Positions 37,532 to 47,436 of a DNA stretch of 64,000 nucleotides are shown here, in pieces. The stretch covers positions 3,022 to 67,021 of the forward strand of contig JABFXN010000117.1 of the NCBI GenBank assembly GCA_013361705.1, written 5' to 3'. Both the position numbers and the translations under genes were made by a program. The stretch comes from Acidobacteriaceae bacterium. Its GTDB lineage: Bacteria; Acidobacteriota; Terriglobia; Terriglobales; Acidobacteriaceae. Below the pieces are notes generated by a model. It made no database searches, was not told where the DNA came from, and was given only the letters and a program-made list of their open reading frames with translations. Numbering within the stretch: the first letter of the stretch is position 1; every line of letters starts with the position of its first letter.

Positions 37532-39172
37532 ATGCGCATCCAGAAGACTGTCCTTCTCTGCACGCTGCTGAGCGTGCCCGTTGTCGCCGCGACACCCAAC
37601 CCGGCGGCTATGGACCGCGATCTGCTCGAAGTCTCTGTCACGAAGCTGCATACGCTTTACCGCGCACATACTTATACCGTCCGGCAGGTCACGGAGTGGT
37701 ATCTCGCGCGCATTGCAAAGTACAACCCGACATACAAGCCGGTCCTTGAGCTCGACCGCGAAGGTGCGTTGAAGCGCGCCGATCAGGAAGATGCGGAAGC
37801 GAAGTCTCCGGCCGCGCTGGCAGCAAAGCTGAAGGCACAGCCGCTCTGGGGCGTTCCCATTGTTATCAAAGCCAACACGAGCATCGAAGGCCGCGTGACC
37901 AGCGATGGATGGACCGGCTTCCTGCAACCCGGACATGAGCTGATTGCGCCGCGCGATGCACAGATTGTGGCGCACTTCAAATCCGCGGGCGCCGTCATTC
38001 TTGGCCACACCAACATGCCGGACTTCGCAGCAAGCGACACCAACAACAGCAGCGCCGGCGGGCGCACCGGCAACGCCTACAACGTGCGCTACTCTCCGGG
38101 CGGCTCCTCCGGTGGAACCGCGACAGCAGTCGCGACAAACCTTGCGGTTCTGGGCCAGGGTACCGATACCTCGAACTCAATTCGCAATCCTGCCTCGACC
38201 GATTCGCTCGTCGGCTTTCTGCCCACACGCGGCCTGGTCAGCATAGCCGGCATCGCTCCGCTGGACTGGCTGATGGACGATACCGGACCACTGGCGCGCA
38301 ATGTCACCGATGCCGCCATCGCCCTCGAAGTCATGGCGGGTGAAGACAAGCTGGACGATCGTACCGCCGGCTCAGCCGCCAAGGAGCCGCCGCAATTCAC
38401 GCAGTATCTGAAGGTCGATGCGCTGAAGGGCAAACGCTTCGGTGTGCCCAGCTTCATCCTCAACAACCAGGGCACCGCACTCAGCTCGACAGGCGCTACA
38501 CGCAGCCTCGCACTTCGGCCGGAAACAAAAGCTGCTTTTCTGAAAGCCATCGAGGGCCTGCGCGCCGCAGGAGCAACTATCGTGGAGGACGACACCGTCC
38601 TTCCGGCAAGTTTCGAGACCCTGCTCCGTGCCATCAGCACCGGACCCTATCGCGCCGAAGGATTTGAAGACTTTCTGAGAGACTTTGGACCCGCCGAATA
38701 CAAATCCCCAGCGGCCTTCGAACAGGCTACCGGTCAGAAGCTACCGGGCTTTCTCTTAGGTCAGAGCCGCAACAATGCGCCTGCGACTTCGCAACGCCGC
38801 CTGGAAGATGATCCGAAGGCCAAGGAGATCTTCTGGGATCCGCAGGCAAAGGCATTGGCCACATACAACGAGACGCTCGAGCGCCTGCACCTGGACGGCA
38901 TGATCTATCCCGCGCTGCAGATGCCGCCGAACGATGAGATCGCTCCGCAGCCTGACGGGAAACCGTCCACGGGACCGCACAGCAACACCGGCTGGGTAAA
39001 TCGAATCGGCGTTCCTGCCGTCGTAGTGCCCGGTGGCTTTTATGACAATGGCCTTCCCTTCGGCCTTGAGATCAGCGGCAAGGCCTGGCAGGACGGCGCT
39101 CTGCTCGGCTACGCATATGCGTACGAACAGAAAACACACCATCGCAAACCACCTGTGCTAGCGACGGAATAG
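37532..39172 (+). CDS. Secreted amidase (amidase-signature family)
   Basis: Signal peptide. The amidase-signature motif GGSSGGTATAVA...GTDTSNSIRNPAS is present with the Ser-cisSer-Lys context. Confidence 0.85.
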   Translation: MRIQKTVLLCTLLSVPVVAATPNPAAMDRDLLEVSVTKLHTLYRAHTYTVRQVTEWYLARIAKYNPTYKPVLELDREGALKRADQEDAEAKSPAALAAKLKAQPLWGVPIVIKANTSIEGRVTSDGWTGFLQPGHELIAPRDAQIVAHFKSAGAVILGHTNMPDFAASDTNNSSAGGRTGNAYNVRYSPGGSSGGTATAVATNLAVLGQGTDTSNSIRNPASTDSLVGFLPTRGLVSIAGIAPLDWLMDDTGPLARNVTDAAIALEVMAGEDKLDDRTAGSAAKEPPQFTQYLKVDALKGKRFGVPSFILNNQGTALSSTGATRSLALRPETKAAFLKAIEGLRAAGATIVEDDTVLPASFETLLRAISTGPYRAEGFEDFLRDFGPAEYKSPAAFEQATGQKLPGFLLGQSRNNAPATSQRRLEDDPKAKEIFWDPQAKALATYNETLERLHLDGMIYPALQMPPNDEIAPQPDGKPSTGPHSNTGWVNRIGVPAVVVPGGFYDNGLPFGLEISGKAWQDGALLGYAYAYEQKTHHRKPPVLATE

Positions 39173-39532
39173 ACAATCTCTGCTTGCTGGAGGATTACTT
39201 GGATTGGAACCGCATGTGTGTCCGCCCACAGCGGCGACAACGCCACGGCTTTAGACCCACAAGGGAAGCAATGATTTCAAATAAACCGCTCGCCGGACGA
39301 CGCTCCAAGGTCACGCCGATGCAGTTTGAACATTCTCTACTACTCATGGATACAGAACGTGCTCCGATCTTCAAGTCTCTGTTTCAACCGAGACAGATAC
39401 AAGGCAAATAAAGCGATAAACCTAAGTGTCTTTGATGCGATGGAAGAGGGATGAGCACCCGGTGAATTTTTTTACTTTTGGTAACCAGGGCAGGAGCGGT
39501 ACTAGATTGCTTAGTTAGTAATCTATCAGATT

Positions 39533-40510
39533 CTATTGTTCGCTATCCAACACTGAATCAAGGGTTTCGCCCCAGTCCACCCTGCGAGCCTGCTTGTAGC
39601 TTCTATCCCGCTTCCGAATTACAGGCTGGGTCATCGATCCATCGGCATTGCATAGTTTCAATGAGATCAAACCGTTGTGGATCTTCGGACGCATCAACAC
39701 GCGTGAACCGTGCCCAACCGCGCGTTCGCGACCAACAGCCAGGTAGAGGAATTTTTCGTCCTCCCATGGCACATCCCCCTGCTTTACCAGGCGGTGCATG
39801 CGGCTGCGCTCAACCCTTTCAGCAAAGTGACACCAATCCGGACTCACAAGAGGACAGGCGAAGGCATGCGGACAGGGGGCAAGCATCTGTGCTCCGGCAT
39901 GCAGCAAAGCGGTCCGTGCCTGGAGAATGCGCTGCCATCCGGCAGGAGTACCGGGCTCAACCAGCAACAGCACGCCGGCGGTTGCCGACCATAAGCGCTC
40001 AATTAGCAGCCGCTGCGCGGAGGCAGGCAGCTCCGACAGGACGTATGCGCAGGTCACCAAGTCGAAGCGGCGGTTGATTGCAACCGAAGCCAGGTCCCCG
40101 GTCTGCCACTCTGCCGCGATACCCGACTCCGCAACCATCGATTCCCCGACCCGGCGAATAGAACCGCTGCCCTCAAGCAGAAGAGCCTGTTGCAGCGATG
40201 GCCACACGTCGCCGGCAGTCAATACAGCCGTGCCCGGCCCGCTGCCGGCATCGAGCTGCGTTGCCGGAGCAAACTCCGGACATATGCCAGCCGTCTCCGC
40301 CATGGCGCGACGAACGGCGCTGAAGGTCGCGGGAAAGCGGACAGCAAGGTAGGCCGCAGCAGCCAGATCAGTGTTCAAATGAGCGCTGGCAGTCGGTGCC
40401 TCCGTGCGGTACCGTTGTGAAAGCTCTTCGGCTGCCTGCTGCAACTGCTTTTGCGGAAACCCTTCTAATTGTTGTTCCACCGCTTGGCGGATTTTGGCAG
40501 GTACCTGCAT
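39533..40510 (-). CDS. Class I SAM-dependent methyltransferase, Rsm22-like (tentative)
   Basis: SAM motif I LDAGSGPGTAVL and a C-terminal Cys cluster (CPHAFACP...WCHF), as in Rsm22-family proteins. Confidence 0.6.
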   Translation of the reverse strand: MQVPAKIRQAVEQQLEGFPQKQLQQAAEELSQRYRTEAPTASAHLNTDLAAAAYLAVRFPATFSAVRRAMAETAGICPEFAPATQLDAGSGPGTAVLTAGDVWPSLQQALLLEGSGSIRRVGESMVAESGIAAEWQTGDLASVAINRRFDLVTCAYVLSELPASAQRLLIERLWSATAGVLLLVEPGTPAGWQRILQARTALLHAGAQMLAPCPHAFACPLVSPDWCHFAERVERSRMHRLVKQGDVPWEDEKFLYLAVGRERAVGHGSRVLMRPKIHNGLISLKLCNADGSMTQPVIRKRDRSYKQARRVDWGETLDSVLDSEQ

Positions 40511-40594
40511 CCTATTGAAAAATGGGACTTCGAGCTTCTTCCAGAGGGTAATAGCCGGAAAGTTGCATTGCTGGGCCCCTTAGCGAGACCTACG

Positions 40595-41437
40595 ATGAAG
40601 GACGTTATGAAACACGAAAATCCTCCCCATACTGAGCATATCCCGATGAAGGGTGGACTTGCCCGGGCGCTGGAGCGCGGGGAGTTGACACTTCATTTTC
40701 AACCGAAGATCGACATGAAGCCGACGGAAGGCGCGACCGGCGTTGTCGTGGGATATGAGGCCCTGTTGCGCTGGCAGAACCCGATCGTCGGCTCCATCTC
40801 GCCCGGTGACTTTCTCTCCTGGGCTGAGCGCAGCAACGAGGTCCGCACCGTAGGCTACTGGGTTGCCGATCAGGCCCTGCGGCAACTGGCCGCATGGCGG
40901 ACAAGCGGGCTTGCGACACCGCATACGCGCGTCTCCATCAATCTTCTGGGGCGGCAGTTGAACGATCCACTTCTGCTTGATGAGCTGCTCGCCGCCGTGG
41001 AGCGTCACCATCTGAAAGCAGACGATCTTGAGCTTGAGGTCACCGAGGCCACCCTGGACGAAGAGGCTGCCGGCCTGAATGCGCTGCGTCAGCTCAAGGA
41101 TGCCGGGTTCCGCATTCATCTGGATGACTTCGGTGCGGGCTACTCTTCGCTGAGCTACCTGCATCGCTTCCCCTTCGACTGCGTGAAGATTGATCGCACC
41201 GTAGTTGCGGACATGGACCGTGAATCGCAGAGCCTGTCGCTTACCAAAACCGTCGTGGCTCTGGGCCAGAAGCTTCGCTTGCAAGTAATTGCCGAGGGCA
41301 TCGAGACCGCGGAGCACGTGAACATGCTGCTCGAGATGGGATGCCATCTGGGCCAGGGCTTCTACTTCGCTCGTCCCATGCCGGCCGTTGCAATTGAGCG
41401 CTGGCTGCTGGCGGAACCGACACAGCAAACGGCGTAA
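40595..41437 (+). CDS. Stand-alone EAL-domain protein (c-di-GMP phosphodiesterase)
   Basis: YEALLRW, NL, DDFGAGYSSL, KIDR and EGIET are all present, which predicts a catalytically competent enzyme. I chose the ATG at 40595. Confidence 0.85.
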   Translation: MKDVMKHENPPHTEHIPMKGGLARALERGELTLHFQPKIDMKPTEGATGVVVGYEALLRWQNPIVGSISPGDFLSWAERSNEVRTVGYWVADQALRQLAAWRTSGLATPHTRVSINLLGRQLNDPLLLDELLAAVERHHLKADDLELEVTEATLDEEAAGLNALRQLKDAGFRIHLDDFGAGYSSLSYLHRFPFDCVKIDRTVVADMDRESQSLSLTKTVVALGQKLRLQVIAEGIETAEHVNMLLEMGCHLGQGFYFARPMPAVAIERWLLAEPTQQTA

Positions 41438-41446
41438 AATCGCCCC

Positions 41447-42022
41447 ATGTCCCGAACTCCGTCCACCATGGTGGCGCTGGGCACGGTTGCCCCGCCGTTT
41501 GAGCTTACCGACGTCATCACAGGGAAGGCCGTTGGCCGCGATGATGTTGCCTTGGATACCAAGGGCCTGCTGGTGATGTTCGTATGTCCGCATTGCCCCT
41601 ATGTCAAACATGTCGAAGCGGAGCTGGGCCGCATCGGCAAAGACTATCAAGGTAAGATCGGCATCGTGGCGATTAATGCCAACGACGTCAGCCAGTACCC
41701 CGAGGACGGCCCCGAACACATGAAGGAGCAGGCCAGCCGCAATGGCTGGACCTTCCCGTATCTCTATGACGAGACGCAGGAGGTCGCCCGCAGCTATGAC
41801 GCAGCCTGCACGCCCGATCTCTTCCTCTTCGATGCCGACCAGAAGCTGGTCTATCGCGGTCAACTGGACGACAGTCGGCCGCAGCGGAAGGACTTCGGCA
41901 ACGATCTCCCCGTAACCGGCAAGGACCTGCGGGCGGCGATCGATATGGTACTGGCAGGCAAGCGCCCTGACCCGAACCAGAAGTTCTCGATCGGCTGCAA
42001 CATCAAATGGAAGGCCGAGTAG
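41447..42022 (+). CDS. Thioredoxin-fold (TlpA/redoxin-like) protein
   Basis: CPHCP active-site motif in a thioredoxin-like context. Confidence 0.8.
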   Translation: MSRTPSTMVALGTVAPPFELTDVITGKAVGRDDVALDTKGLLVMFVCPHCPYVKHVEAELGRIGKDYQGKIGIVAINANDVSQYPEDGPEHMKEQASRNGWTFPYLYDETQEVARSYDAACTPDLFLFDADQKLVYRGQLDDSRPQRKDFGNDLPVTGKDLRAAIDMVLAGKRPDPNQKFSIGCNIKWKAE

Positions 42023-42036
42023 CAAACGGCTCGGCC

Positions 42037-42465
42037 ATGATCACGATCCGACCTGTCAGCGAAGACGACGCGACCGAGGTAGCCCGACTCACAGGCGAGC
42101 TGGGCTATTCCGCTACACCTACTGAGATCGCAGAACGCATCGCACGCCAGGCAAAGGTGCCTGGACGCGCTGTTTTTGTCGCCTGCGATGCAGAACAGAT
42201 CGCGGGCTACATCGATCTCTCCACCGAAATGCACCTTCACGTTGCACCAAAAGCCCGCATCGATGGCCTGGTAGTCAGCGAGAGTGCACGTGGCAAAGGT
42301 GTTGGCGCACTGCTATGCCGTTATGCGGAGGAATGGGCGCGACAGCAGGGCCTGAAGACGATGATGCTAACCTCGCGTTCTACTCGAGAACGGGCACATG
42401 CTTTCTACGAACGCGACGGCTACCGGCGCACGAAGACCTCATACCTCTTCGAAAAAGATCTATAG
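42037..42465 (+). CDS. GNAT-family N-acetyltransferase
   Basis: ARGKGVGALL acetyl-CoA loop and FYERDGY tail. I start at the internal ATG at 42037. Confidence 0.8.
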   Translation: MITIRPVSEDDATEVARLTGELGYSATPTEIAERIARQAKVPGRAVFVACDAEQIAGYIDLSTEMHLHVAPKARIDGLVVSESARGKGVGALLCRYAEEWARQQGLKTMMLTSRSTRERAHAFYERDGYRRTKTSYLFEKDL

Positions 42466-42508
42466 ATCACATCGCGTATCAAGAAATTAGAAACCGATAC
42501 ACATGGGA

Positions 42509-44503
42509 TCAGAACTGAACACTTAGAGCAGGACGCGTGAGCTCTCTGCGATAGGTCGCCAGTGCTAATACCGGAAAATACATCCGGTAGAGGTGATAGC
42601 TGAGATAGAAGACATTGGGAAAACCCGTTCCCGTCGTCAGTGCCTCATCCCAGTCGCCGTCTGCCCGCTGATTCGCAAGCAGCCATTGCACGCCCTTCTG
42701 CACCTGCGCTGAGCGGGTTTTCCCGCAAGCCATCAATCCCACCAGGGCCCATGCCGTTTGTGTAGGTGTGCTCTGTGCCGCGACAAAGCGGTCGACCTCG
42801 TAGCTGACACAGCTCTCACCCCAGCCGCCATCCTCGTTCTGTACTGACAGCAGCCACCGCGCCGCCTTTTCGACTGCGCCATGCGCGCGGGCGTCTCCGG
42901 TGGCAATCAGACCGCGCATCGCCAGGAAGGTGCCGTAGACGTAGTTCACTCCCCAGCGGCCATACCAGCTTCCATTCTGTTCCTGTGAGCTGAGCAGATA
43001 CTGCACTCCCCTAACAATTGCGGGATGCTTTGGCCCAAGGCCGCGCTTACTCAAAGCCTCCAGCACGCGGCCGGTGATATCGGCGCAGGTGGGGTCGAGC
43101 ATGGCGTTGTGATCGGCGAAGGGGACCTTGTTCAGCAGTTGCCAGTCATTATCGACATCGAAAGCCGCCCAGCCTCCATCTGCCGATTGCATGCCGAGAA
43201 GCCAGTCGATGGCGCGTTGCTCCGCACGCGCCTGGCGCTCAGGATTGGAGGCGCGGATATGCTGCAGCGCAAGCAGCACCATCGCCGTATCGTCGATATC
43301 GGGATAGAAATCATTGGCGAACTCGAAGGCCCAGCCGCTGGGACGGAGGTTCGGACGTTTCGCCGACCAGTCGCCCTTGCGCCGCACCTCTTTGCTCAGC
43401 AGCCAGTCCGCGGCGCGCGTCATTGCGGTAGCGTCGACCTCCCCGGTCTCACCAAGAGCAAAGGCAGCAATGGCGGTATCCCACACCGGCGATTTGCAGG
43501 GCTGAAACTCGATGGAGTCTTCGCGCTCCAGCAACAGCTCATCGAAGTGGCGGATCGCCTCGATCATGTCGGGCTGGTCGCGCTCATAGCCGAGAGAATC
43601 CATGGCCATGATGGCATACATCATCGAGGGATAGATGGCGCCCAGCCCTTCGGAGTGCTGCAGATGCTCCAGCATCCAGCGCTCGGCGGCTGCAATGGCG
43701 CGGCCGCGGATCTTCTGCACACCGCGGCGTTCCCAGTGTTTGAGCAGCTTGTCGGCGTGAAGAAAGAGCTCGGAGGTGAGATCCCTGCGCGGCATGGTGA
43801 TCGGCGAGCCGGGATAGATCAACTCCTGCAACGTCATGCCGGAGGGAGCCGTACGCTGGGCCCCCAGCCCCTGAATAATGGAGAGCGGCACAATGATGGT
43901 GCGCGTCCACGACGACATCTCGTAGAGAAAGCTGCCGGGCACGATCATGATCTCCGCCGGAACCGTCGGAACAAACTCACGCGGGAACAGACCGAAGAGG
44001 CTCAGGTTGATCTTGGTGTAGCTGTTGCATGCCTGCAACCCGCCAAGCTCCAGAATGCGTTCGCGAGCGGCGCGCATGCACCGGGAGTCCACATCCTCAC
44101 CCATGATCTTGAGCGCGGTATAGGCCTTCACGGTTGCGTTCACATCGGCTTCGCCCTGGGCGAAGAGATTCCATCCGCCGTCGGTAAGCTGGCAGGCCTT
44201 CAGATAACGGACAAGCTTTCCTATGCGCTGCGGATGCGGAGGAGTCCACGCACCGCCCTCCTCGGGAGGAAAGAGCCATAGCTGCAGCAACACATAATCT
44301 GAGGCCAGTGTGGAGTCTGCCGTGAGGTCGCCGCACCAGTAGCCATCGGCATGCTGCTTCCGCAGCAGAGCCTCGGCCGTCAACAACAACTGCTGCTCCA
44401 GCCGGGTGATGCTCTGCTGACTGATCTCTTCGTTCTGCTGGTCTAATTCAAGACTACCGACGCTTACGATGGCTGGAACGGCACTGCCGAACTGCTCTCT
44501 CAT
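42509..44503 (-). CDS. shc: Squalene-hopene cyclase
   Basis: DIDDTA catalytic motif (DxDDTA) and multiple QW repeats (QNEDGGWG, QSADGGWA, QLTDGGW). 664 aa. Confidence 0.95.
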   Translation of the reverse strand: MREQFGSAVPAIVSVGSLELDQQNEEISQQSITRLEQQLLLTAEALLRKQHADGYWCGDLTADSTLASDYVLLQLWLFPPEEGGAWTPPHPQRIGKLVRYLKACQLTDGGWNLFAQGEADVNATVKAYTALKIMGEDVDSRCMRAARERILELGGLQACNSYTKINLSLFGLFPREFVPTVPAEIMIVPGSFLYEMSSWTRTIIVPLSIIQGLGAQRTAPSGMTLQELIYPGSPITMPRRDLTSELFLHADKLLKHWERRGVQKIRGRAIAAAERWMLEHLQHSEGLGAIYPSMMYAIMAMDSLGYERDQPDMIEAIRHFDELLLEREDSIEFQPCKSPVWDTAIAAFALGETGEVDATAMTRAADWLLSKEVRRKGDWSAKRPNLRPSGWAFEFANDFYPDIDDTAMVLLALQHIRASNPERQARAEQRAIDWLLGMQSADGGWAAFDVDNDWQLLNKVPFADHNAMLDPTCADITGRVLEALSKRGLGPKHPAIVRGVQYLLSSQEQNGSWYGRWGVNYVYGTFLAMRGLIATGDARAHGAVEKAARWLLSVQNEDGGWGESCVSYEVDRFVAAQSTPTQTAWALVGLMACGKTRSAQVQKGVQWLLANQRADGDWDEALTTGTGFPNVFYLSYHLYRMYFPVLALATYRRELTRPALSVQF

Positions 44504-45105
44504 CAGGCCTTCCCTCTTCTGCTCTTACGCTTGGATGTCGGCTGCGGTTCCGAGGAACACATCTCTTTCAGTCGCGTCATGATCTGCGCGCGGCGCTCAC
44601 CGGTACAGATGGCATCGTCAAAGCCGAACATCTCGGTGAACCAAAGACCATCCACCGCCAGCCGCACAATTGTCGCAGTAACAGGGTCAATCCCGTCGTG
44701 CTCCAGTAAAGCCTGCCAGCGCGCGTAAGCCTCACGCATGGGCTCCACGAGTTTCATATCCGTAGAGGCCGCGGCAATCGCCGAGGCAAAGACGTCCAGA
44801 CGCTCTGGAGAGAGGCCCGCATCCTGTGCCCAGCGGCCTTCAAGCGATGCCAGAACAAAGGCCAACGTGTTGCGCCCAGGTCTGTCAGGAAGCTCTCCTT
44901 TGGCTGTCGCGAGATCACGATCGAAGTACTCGATGGTCCGCGCCACCAGTCCTGCGACCAGCTCTTCCTTGGAGGGAAAGTGATACAGCAATCCCCCCTT
45001 GCTGACTTGGGCCTTCTCGGCAACGCGGTCGAGAGTCAACTGCTGTGAGCCCTCTTTGCGAATCAGCGTCTCCGCACTTTTAAGGATTGTGTCCCGCTTG
45101 CTCAT
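44503..45105 (-). CDS. TetR/AcrR-family transcriptional regulator
   Basis: N-terminal HTH LTLDRVAEKAQVSKGGLLYHFPSKEEL. Its stop overlaps the shc start by 1 nt. Confidence 0.85.
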   Translation of the reverse strand: MSKRDTILKSAETLIRKEGSQQLTLDRVAEKAQVSKGGLLYHFPSKEELVAGLVARTIEYFDRDLATAKGELPDRPGRNTLAFVLASLEGRWAQDAGLSPERLDVFASAIAAASTDMKLVEPMREAYARWQALLEHDGIDPVTATIVRLAVDGLWFTEMFGFDDAICTGERRAQIMTRLKEMCSSEPQPTSKRKSRRGKA

Positions 45106-45161
45106 GCCGGAATCAGTATACCGTCCAGACGGTACAGTAACCCTTCTGCCGTTGAACCTCT

Positions 45162-45986
45162 ATGCTGGAACGCATGTTTGCCGATCTTTCCCTTGCCCAT
45201 CGGCTGGAGCTCGCCGAAGGCCATGCCTGCCTGGATTTCGCCCATACCCGCAAACGCCTGAACCCTGAGAGCAGCACAGCCTGGGACATGGCGCACGGCG
45301 CTATTGCGGTCTTCGATGGGCTCGACTCGCCTCTTACTCAGACCTTCGGCCTGGGAATCAAAAGTTCAGATAGCTACGAAGCCTACCTTGAAGCGCTGGA
45401 GGAGTTCTTCTTCTCGCGCGGCGCTGCCGCAAATCACGAGGTCTCACCGATAGCCGGTCTCGCGCTGCAGCAACTGCTCTGCAAACGCAGCTATCAGCCG
45501 ATCGAGATGAGCAGTGTGATGTATCAGCCCGCGCATTGCCCCGAGGTTCCCGCAGTTGCTGATGTGCGCATCGTGAAGCAGGACGAGGCCGATCTTTGGG
45601 GTCGCGTCGGTGCGGATGCCTGGTCGGAGGACCATCCGGAGTTTCGTGAGTTCCTGCTGGACATGGGAAGAATCTCCACCAGTCGGGAGAATACCCACTG
45701 CTTTCTGGCCATCATCGACGGCGAGCCGGCGGCGACGGCAGTGCTGCACGTGCACGGCGGTGTAGCGCTCTTTGCCGGCTCTGCAACTCTGCCTGCGCGG
45801 CGACGGCGTGGCGCGCAATCAGCGCTGCTCAACGCGCGCATGCGGCATGCCTGTGCGATGGGATGCGATCTCTTCATGATGGTGGCTGAGCCAGGCAGCA
45901 CCTCGCAGCGCAATGCCGAACGCAATGGTTTCCGCATCGCGTATACACGCACGAAGTGGCAGCTTATGCCACCGGCAGTTGGTTAG
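45162..45986 (+). CDS. GNAT-family acetyltransferase (two-lobed, about 274 aa)
   Basis: The C-terminal lobe carries RRRGAQSALLNARM, an acetyl-CoA loop. Confidence 0.65.
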   Translation: MLERMFADLSLAHRLELAEGHACLDFAHTRKRLNPESSTAWDMAHGAIAVFDGLDSPLTQTFGLGIKSSDSYEAYLEALEEFFFSRGAAANHEVSPIAGLALQQLLCKRSYQPIEMSSVMYQPAHCPEVPAVADVRIVKQDEADLWGRVGADAWSEDHPEFREFLLDMGRISTSRENTHCFLAIIDGEPAATAVLHVHGGVALFAGSATLPARRRRGAQSALLNARMRHACAMGCDLFMMVAEPGSTSQRNAERNGFRIAYTRTKWQLMPPAVG

Positions 45987-46020
45987 CCGAAATACTGGGT
46001 GCAGTGGCGTTCTTCTTTAA

Positions 46021-46057
46021 AACAGAAACGCTCCCCGAAGGGAGCGTTTCCTGTTTC
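46021..46057. terminator. Bidirectional hairpin terminator (GNAT / tal convergent pair)
   Basis: AACAGAAACGCTCCC-CGAA-GGGAGCGTTTCCTGTT with flanking T/A tracts. Confidence 0.75.
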
Positions 46058-46067
46058 TTGATCACGT

Positions 46068-47060
46068 TTATGCGGTAACCGGTTCGGCGATCTCTTTGAG
46101 ACGCTTTTCGAGCAGAGCTTCCAGCTCTTCGAGGGCCTTGGAGAAGCCCTCGATGCCTTCCTTCAGCTTGTCGTGGGCCATGCGGTCCTCGGCGTGCATC
46201 TTCTCGAAGGTGGCCTGATCGATTGAGATCTTCTCGATGTCCTGGGTCTTGGCCTTCTGGGCATCCAGCTTCCTCTCAAGCGGAGCATCCTTGGAGTCCA
46301 GCTCTTCGAGCAGCTTGGGCGAGATAGTCAGAAGGTCGCTTCCGGCCAGCTCAATGATCTCGCCGATGTTGCGGAAGCTGGCGCCCATCACCTGGGTCTT
46401 ATAGCCGAATTTCTTGTAGTAGTTGTAGATGCGGGTAACGGACTGCACGCCGGGGTCGTCGGCGCCGACGTAGTCCTTGCCGGTGTCCTTCTTATACCAG
46501 TCGAGAATGCGGCCAACGAACGGGGAGATCAGCGTGACCTTCGCTTCGGCGCAGGCAATGGCCTGGTGAAGACCGAAGAGCAGCGTCAGGTTGCAGTGGA
46601 TGCCTTCCTTCTCCAGCTGCTCGGCAGCCTTGATGCCTTCCCAGGTGGAGGCGATCTTGATCAGGATACGCTCACGGCTGATGCCGGCATCTTCGTACTG
46701 CTTGATGATGTCGTGGGCCATAGCGATCGTCTTCTCCTTGTCGTAGGAGAGGCGAGCGTCCACCTCGGTCGACACGCGGCCGGGAACGATCTCAAGAATC
46801 TTCTTGCCGAAAGCGACGGCCAGCGCCTTGAAGGCTTCGGCGGCAATCGCCTTATCATCGGCGTTGGCGCCGGCCTTCTGCTTGGCTTCCTTCAGCACTT
46901 CGTCCACGATGTGCGAATAGGCGGGCATGTTGGCCGCGGCAGTGATCAGGGACGGGTTGGTGGTGGCGTCAGTCGGCTTAAATTTCTCCATCGACTGCAT
47001 ATCGCCGGTGTCGGCTACGACGGTTGTGTACTGCTTGAGCTGCTCCAAAAGGGTCGCCAT
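46068..47060 (-). CDS. tal: Transaldolase
   Basis: [20 protein letters not shown]...ATTNPSL and the Schiff-base Lys context [12 protein letters not shown] start at the internal ATG, taking the coordinate from ORF-track frame arithmetic. Confidence 0.9.
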   Translation of the reverse strand: MATLLEQLKQYTTVVADTGDMQSMEKFKPTDATTNPSLITAAANMPAYSHIVDEVLKEAKQKAGANADDKAIAAEAFKALAVAFGKKILEIVPGRVSTEVDARLSYDKEKTIAMAHDIIKQYEDAGISRERILIKIASTWEGIKAAEQLEKEGIHCNLTLLFGLHQAIACAEAKVTLISPFVGRILDWYKKDTGKDYVGADDPGVQSVTRIYNYYKKFGYKTQVMGASFRNIGEIIELAGSDLLTISPKLLEELDSKDAPLERKLDAQKAKTQDIEKISIDQATFEKMHAEDRMAHDKLKEGIEGFSKALEELEALLEKRLKEIAEPVTA

Positions 47061-47224
47061 TGGAAAGTTCTCCTCGCACTTTAAGACTACACCTTCCAGA
47101 GGGACAGCAGGCGTGGTCCTACCAATACATCGCTCTCCGCTTGAATCCATGGCCCTACCCACATTTCCACATCGACCGCAATATCTTGGGTTGCTTTCTA
47201 CTGGATCGCAAGCTACTGTGGAGG

Positions 47225-47310
47225 AACTTCACGATGTGCAGGGAAAGACCGGTGGAAACCCGGCACTGTCCCGCAACGGTTAAAGTCCGAGCACCTGCCG
47301 TGAGGAATAC
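47225..47310 (+). promoter_or_regulatory. Short (class II / AdoCbl-variant-like) cobalamin riboswitch in the nrdAB leader
   Basis: GCAGGGAAAGACCGGTGGAAACCCGGCACTGTCCCGCAACGGTTAAAGTCCGAGCACCTGCC is the conserved core plus a B12-box-like AGTCCGAGCACCTGCC. It lacks the GCCACTG/P6 extension. GCAGG/CCTGC can pair. About 130 nt of leader follow, up to the AAGGAG SD. Confidence 0.6.
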
Positions 47311-47436
47311 GCAATCATCGTCCCCGCGGAGGGAATGGCGTGGTCAGCGGCTCAGGTGCCTTTCTCGTGCTCGCACCCTGGCAGCCCTCCTCGCCCGCCA
47401 CGTCCGCAGAGGCCGGTGACAAGGAGCTCATGAGCG

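Noticed and set aside
37238-38008. 256-aa minus-strand ORF
   Set aside because: It is antisense to and overlaps the amidase and the secreted-protein gene, with no supporting signals.
39184-39411. 75-aa ORF in the low-GC spacer
   Set aside because: It starts at TTG, has no SD and has an Arg-rich, non-protein-like composition.
40580-42025. 481-aa minus-strand ORF
   Set aside because: It is antisense to the EAL and thioredoxin-like genes, both of which have clear catalytic motifs.
43025-44281. 418-aa plus-strand ORF
   Set aside because: It is antisense to squalene-hopene cyclase.
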